Assembly (NCBI GenBank): GCA_045542335.1
Contig: JAZQKV010000086.1
Span: 1,478 to 65,477, forward strand
Direction of reading: 5' to 3'
Origin: Eubacteriales bacterium
Lineage (GTDB): Bacteria > Bacillota > Clostridia > Oscillospirales > CAG-382
DNA: 64,000 bases
Under the pieces are notes generated by a model that saw only the letters and a program-made list of their open reading frames with translations, ran no database searches and was not told where the DNA came from. Numbering within the stretch: the first letter of the stretch is position 1; every line of letters begins with the position of its first letter. Shown here in pieces: positions 61,669 through 64,000 of this stretch. The position numbers were made by a program, and so were the translations under genes.

Positions 61669-63063
61669 TCAAACGGAATGAATCTTCTTTTCCTCATCCG
61701 CATTGTTCTCATCGAGCTTATACTTTTCAGCCTTTCTGTGCTTGAAGTATTTGATTGCAACCTGATCAAAGAGTGCATAAGAGAGAACGTCCTCGTCCTG
61801 CTCGGTGTACTCAATAATCTGCTTCTTGAGATTTTCAAGTTCAGGCTTAAGAGCATCTGCAGGTCTGCCTGTGATTGCAGGGTCGTTGCCGATGATCTTC
61901 TTCTTGAATTCAGGGTTGATTTCGCATGGGGTCTTACCATATTCGCCACGAACCATGCCCTTGAATTCCTTTGTTACCATCTTATATCTTTCGCCCATGA
62001 TAACGTTCATAACAGCCTGTGTACCAACAATCTGGGAGGTAGGAGTAACAAGCGGAGGGAAGCCTGCGTCTTCACGCACTCTCGGTACTTCCGCAAGAAC
62101 CTCGTCAAGCTTGTCAGACTTGTTAGCCTGCTTGAGCTGGGAAACAAGGTTGGAAAGCATTCCGCCGGGAACCTGATAAAGAAGTGCATTAACGTCAACC
62201 TTAAGCACCTTGGGGTCGAGAAGACCGCTTTCAAGATACTTTTCACGAAGAGGTGCAAACGCCTTGCACACCTTGTCGAGCTTGCCAAGGTCAAGACCTG
62301 TGTCGTACTCTGTTCCTGCAAGAGCCGCAACAATCGGCTCTGTAGGAGGCTGTGATGTACCCATTGCAAGGGGAGAAATTGCAGTGTCAATAATATCAAC
62401 GCCTGCCTCAACTGCCTTCATTATTGTCATGGAAGCAAGACCTGAGGTGTAGTGTGTGTGAAGCTGAACGGGAACCTTAACTGCACCCTTGATTTCCTTA
62501 ACAAGGTCATATGCTTCATAGGGTTTGAGAAGACCTGCCATGTCCTTGATACAGATGGAATCTGCGCCCATGGACTCAAGCTGCTTTGCATATTTTGCAA
62601 AATACTCATTATTGAAAACAGGGCCTGTTGTGTAGGAGATAGCCGCCTGAACGTGACCGCCCTCTTTCTTTGTTGCTTCGATTGCGGTCTTGAGGTTTCT
62701 GGGGTCGTTGAGAGCGTCAAAAATTCTGATGATGTCAATGCCGTTTGCAATAGACTTCTGAACGAAGTATTTTACAACATCATCGGCATAGTGACGATAG
62801 CCGAGGATATTCTGTCCTCTGAAAAGCATCTGAAGCTTTGTATTCTTAACATTATCTCTGATAACACGAAGTCTCTGCCAGGGGTCCTCGTTGAGGAATC
62901 TGAGGCAAGCATCAAATGTTGCACCGCCCCAAACCTCCATTGCATGATAACCAACTTCATCAAGGAGAGGAAGAATGGGAAGCATTTCTTCGGTTGTCAT
63001 TCTTGTTGCGACCAAAGACTGATGGGAGTCTCTGAGCGCAGTTTCCATTACTTTAACTGCCAT
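61669..63063 (-). CDS. Carboxyltransferase subunit of the oxaloacetate decarboxylase alpha / pyruvate carboxylase B / transcarboxylase 5S type, without a biotinyl domain
   Basis: The N-terminus is VMETALRDSHQSLVATRMTTEEM. It has an HMGL-like TIM barrel (HTHYTSGLA) and a PYC_OADA region. At 464 aa it ends before any biotin-carrier motif. Confidence 0.85.
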   Translation of the reverse strand: MAVKVMETALRDSHQSLVATRMTTEEMLPILPLLDEVGYHAMEVWGGATFDACLRFLNEDPWQRLRVIRDNVKNTKLQMLFRGQNILGYRHYADDVVKYFVQKSIANGIDIIRIFDALNDPRNLKTAIEATKKEGGHVQAAISYTTGPVFNNEYFAKYAKQLESMGADSICIKDMAGLLKPYEAYDLVKEIKGAVKVPVQLHTHYTSGLASMTIMKAVEAGVDIIDTAISPLAMGTSQPPTEPIVAALAGTEYDTGLDLGKLDKVCKAFAPLREKYLESGLLDPKVLKVDVNALLYQVPGGMLSNLVSQLKQANKSDKLDEVLAEVPRVREDAGFPPLVTPTSQIVGTQAVMNVIMGERYKMVTKEFKGMVRGEYGKTPCEINPEFKKKIIGNDPAITGRPADALKPELENLKKQIIEYTEQDEDVLSYALFDQVAIKYFKHRKAEKYKLDENNADEEKKIHSV

Positions 63064-63188
63064 ATATGGTTAAACCATCCTTTCGTTAAAATCACTTATT
63101 CCGGCGAATCAGCACGCAGACTTCATTATTGTCCGGCCTTGCTTTATTGCCGGCAACCCGAAATGTGTGGGATAATCTTAAAATGCCA

Positions 63189-64000
63189 TTACTTAAAGAG
63201 TGCAAGGAACACGCCTGCCGCAACAGCAGAGCCGATAACGCCGGCAACGTTGGGTCCCATTGCGTGCATGAGAAGGAAGTTTGAGGGATCTTCTTTCTGA
63301 CCAACTGTCTGTGCAACTCTCGCCGCCATGGGAACAGCAGATACACCCGCAGAGCCGATAAGGGGATTTATCTTGCCGCCTGTGAGGAAACACATAACGT
63401 TTCCAAACATAACACCGCCAAAGGTTGCAAAGCAGAATGCCGCAAGTCCAAGACCTATGATAAGAAGTGTTCTGGGCTCAAGGAATGTTTCGGCATCTGC
63501 GGTTACACCAACGGAAACACCAAGGAAAATTGTAACAATATTGATAAGCTCGTTCTGCGCTGTCTTTGAAAGTCTGTCTGTAACTCCGCAGACATTCATA
63601 AGGTTTCCGAGCATGAGGAATCCAACAAGAGCCGCCGCATCGGGAAGAAGAAGGGAAACAATCGCCGCAACAACAATGGGGAATACAATCTTCTCAACCT
63701 TTGAAACAGGTCTGAGTGCGGTCATCTTGATTACTCTGTCTTCTTTTCTTGTGAAAAGACGCATAATCGGGGGCTGAATAATCGGAACAAGAGCCATGTA
63801 AGAGTAAGCCGCAACAGCAATTGCACCGAGAAGTGCCGGAGCAAGTGTCTTTGTTACAAAGATAGCCGTAGGTCCGTCTGCACCACCGATGATACCGATG
63901 GAAGCCGCCTCAGCAGGCGTAAACTGCATACTGATAAGTGCGCCTGCATAAGCAACGTAAATACCAAACTGTGCCGCCGCACCGAGAAGGAGCGACTTGG
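63189..64000 (-). CDS. Na+-translocating decarboxylase beta subunit (OadB/GcdB/MmdB family); the N-terminus is outside the window
   Basis: The frame stays open upstream of the ATG at 63929 to the window edge (..[47 protein letters not shown]). The protein is polytopic. Confidence 0.85.
   Translation of the reverse strand, partial: KSLLLGAAAQFGIYVAYAGALISMQFTPAEAASIGIIGGADGPTAIFVTKTLAPALLGAIAVAAYSYMALVPIIQPPIMRLFTRKEDRVIKMTALRPVSKVEKIVFPIVVAAIVSLLLPDAAALVGFLMLGNLMNVCGVTDRLSKTAQNELINIVTIFLGVSVGVTADAETFLEPRTLLIIGLGLAAFCFATFGGVMFGNVMCFLTGGKINPLIGSAGVSAVPMAARVAQTVGQKEDPSNFLLMHAMGPNVAGVIGSAVAAGVFLALFK

Noticed and set aside
1-64000. Search for CRISPR arrays, rRNA/tRNA genes, IS elements, integrases, prophage or known defence-system genes.
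   Set aside because: None was seen. There are no regularly spaced direct repeats, no recombinase or transposase motifs, and no nuclease/helicase/ATPase gene clusters. The only repeats are intragenic duplications and the (ACTGT)5 microsatellite.

Overview
This 64-kb window comes from an anaerobic Firmicute of the Clostridia type. The clues are dockerin and SLH modules, a SigI/RsgI pair, near-consensus TTGACA-17-(TGn)TATAAT promoters and GGAGG ribosome-binding sites. The species cannot be named from sequence alone. All calls rest on by-eye motif recognition, since no database search was possible.

I count about 42 protein genes. I saw no rRNA, tRNA, CRISPR array, transposase or integrase.

Most of the window is a plant-polysaccharide (pectin/hemicellulose-type) degradation and sugar-catabolism locus:
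- Enzymes: GH28, GH51, a 2139-aa CBM6/35-GH2-discoidin-dockerin-CE7 protein, beta-helix proteins, three SGNH esterases and a BNR propeller.
- Sugar catabolism: a FucI-like isomerase / FGGY kinase / DUF4432 / class II aldolase operon, plus galT.
- Regulators: four AraC-type regulators, an SdpR/SdpI-type pair, and a sigI-rsgI pair with a sigma-I-like promoter.
- Cell-surface attachment: five proteins share a conserved X-module + dockerin dyad, and two others carry SLH triplets.
- Housekeeping genes at the 3' end: DUF1385, prmC, a HIT protein, a PRTase, and Na+-decarboxylase alpha and beta subunits.

The stand-out is a five-gene minus-strand operon (about 34.47 to 23.29 kb). A minimal System II cytochrome c maturation pair (ccsB-ccsA) heads it. 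Next come a dockerin-bearing YVTN-propeller/di-heme CCP-MauG-like protein and a 1889-aa PD40-propeller protein. The latter carries an HzsA-middle-domain-like CxxCH site and five CBM-like modules. A cohesin-like + dockerin protein closes the operon. In parts list this resembles hydrazine synthase alpha + beta-gamma, apparently tethered to a cellulosome-like surface system. To my knowledge this combination has not been described.
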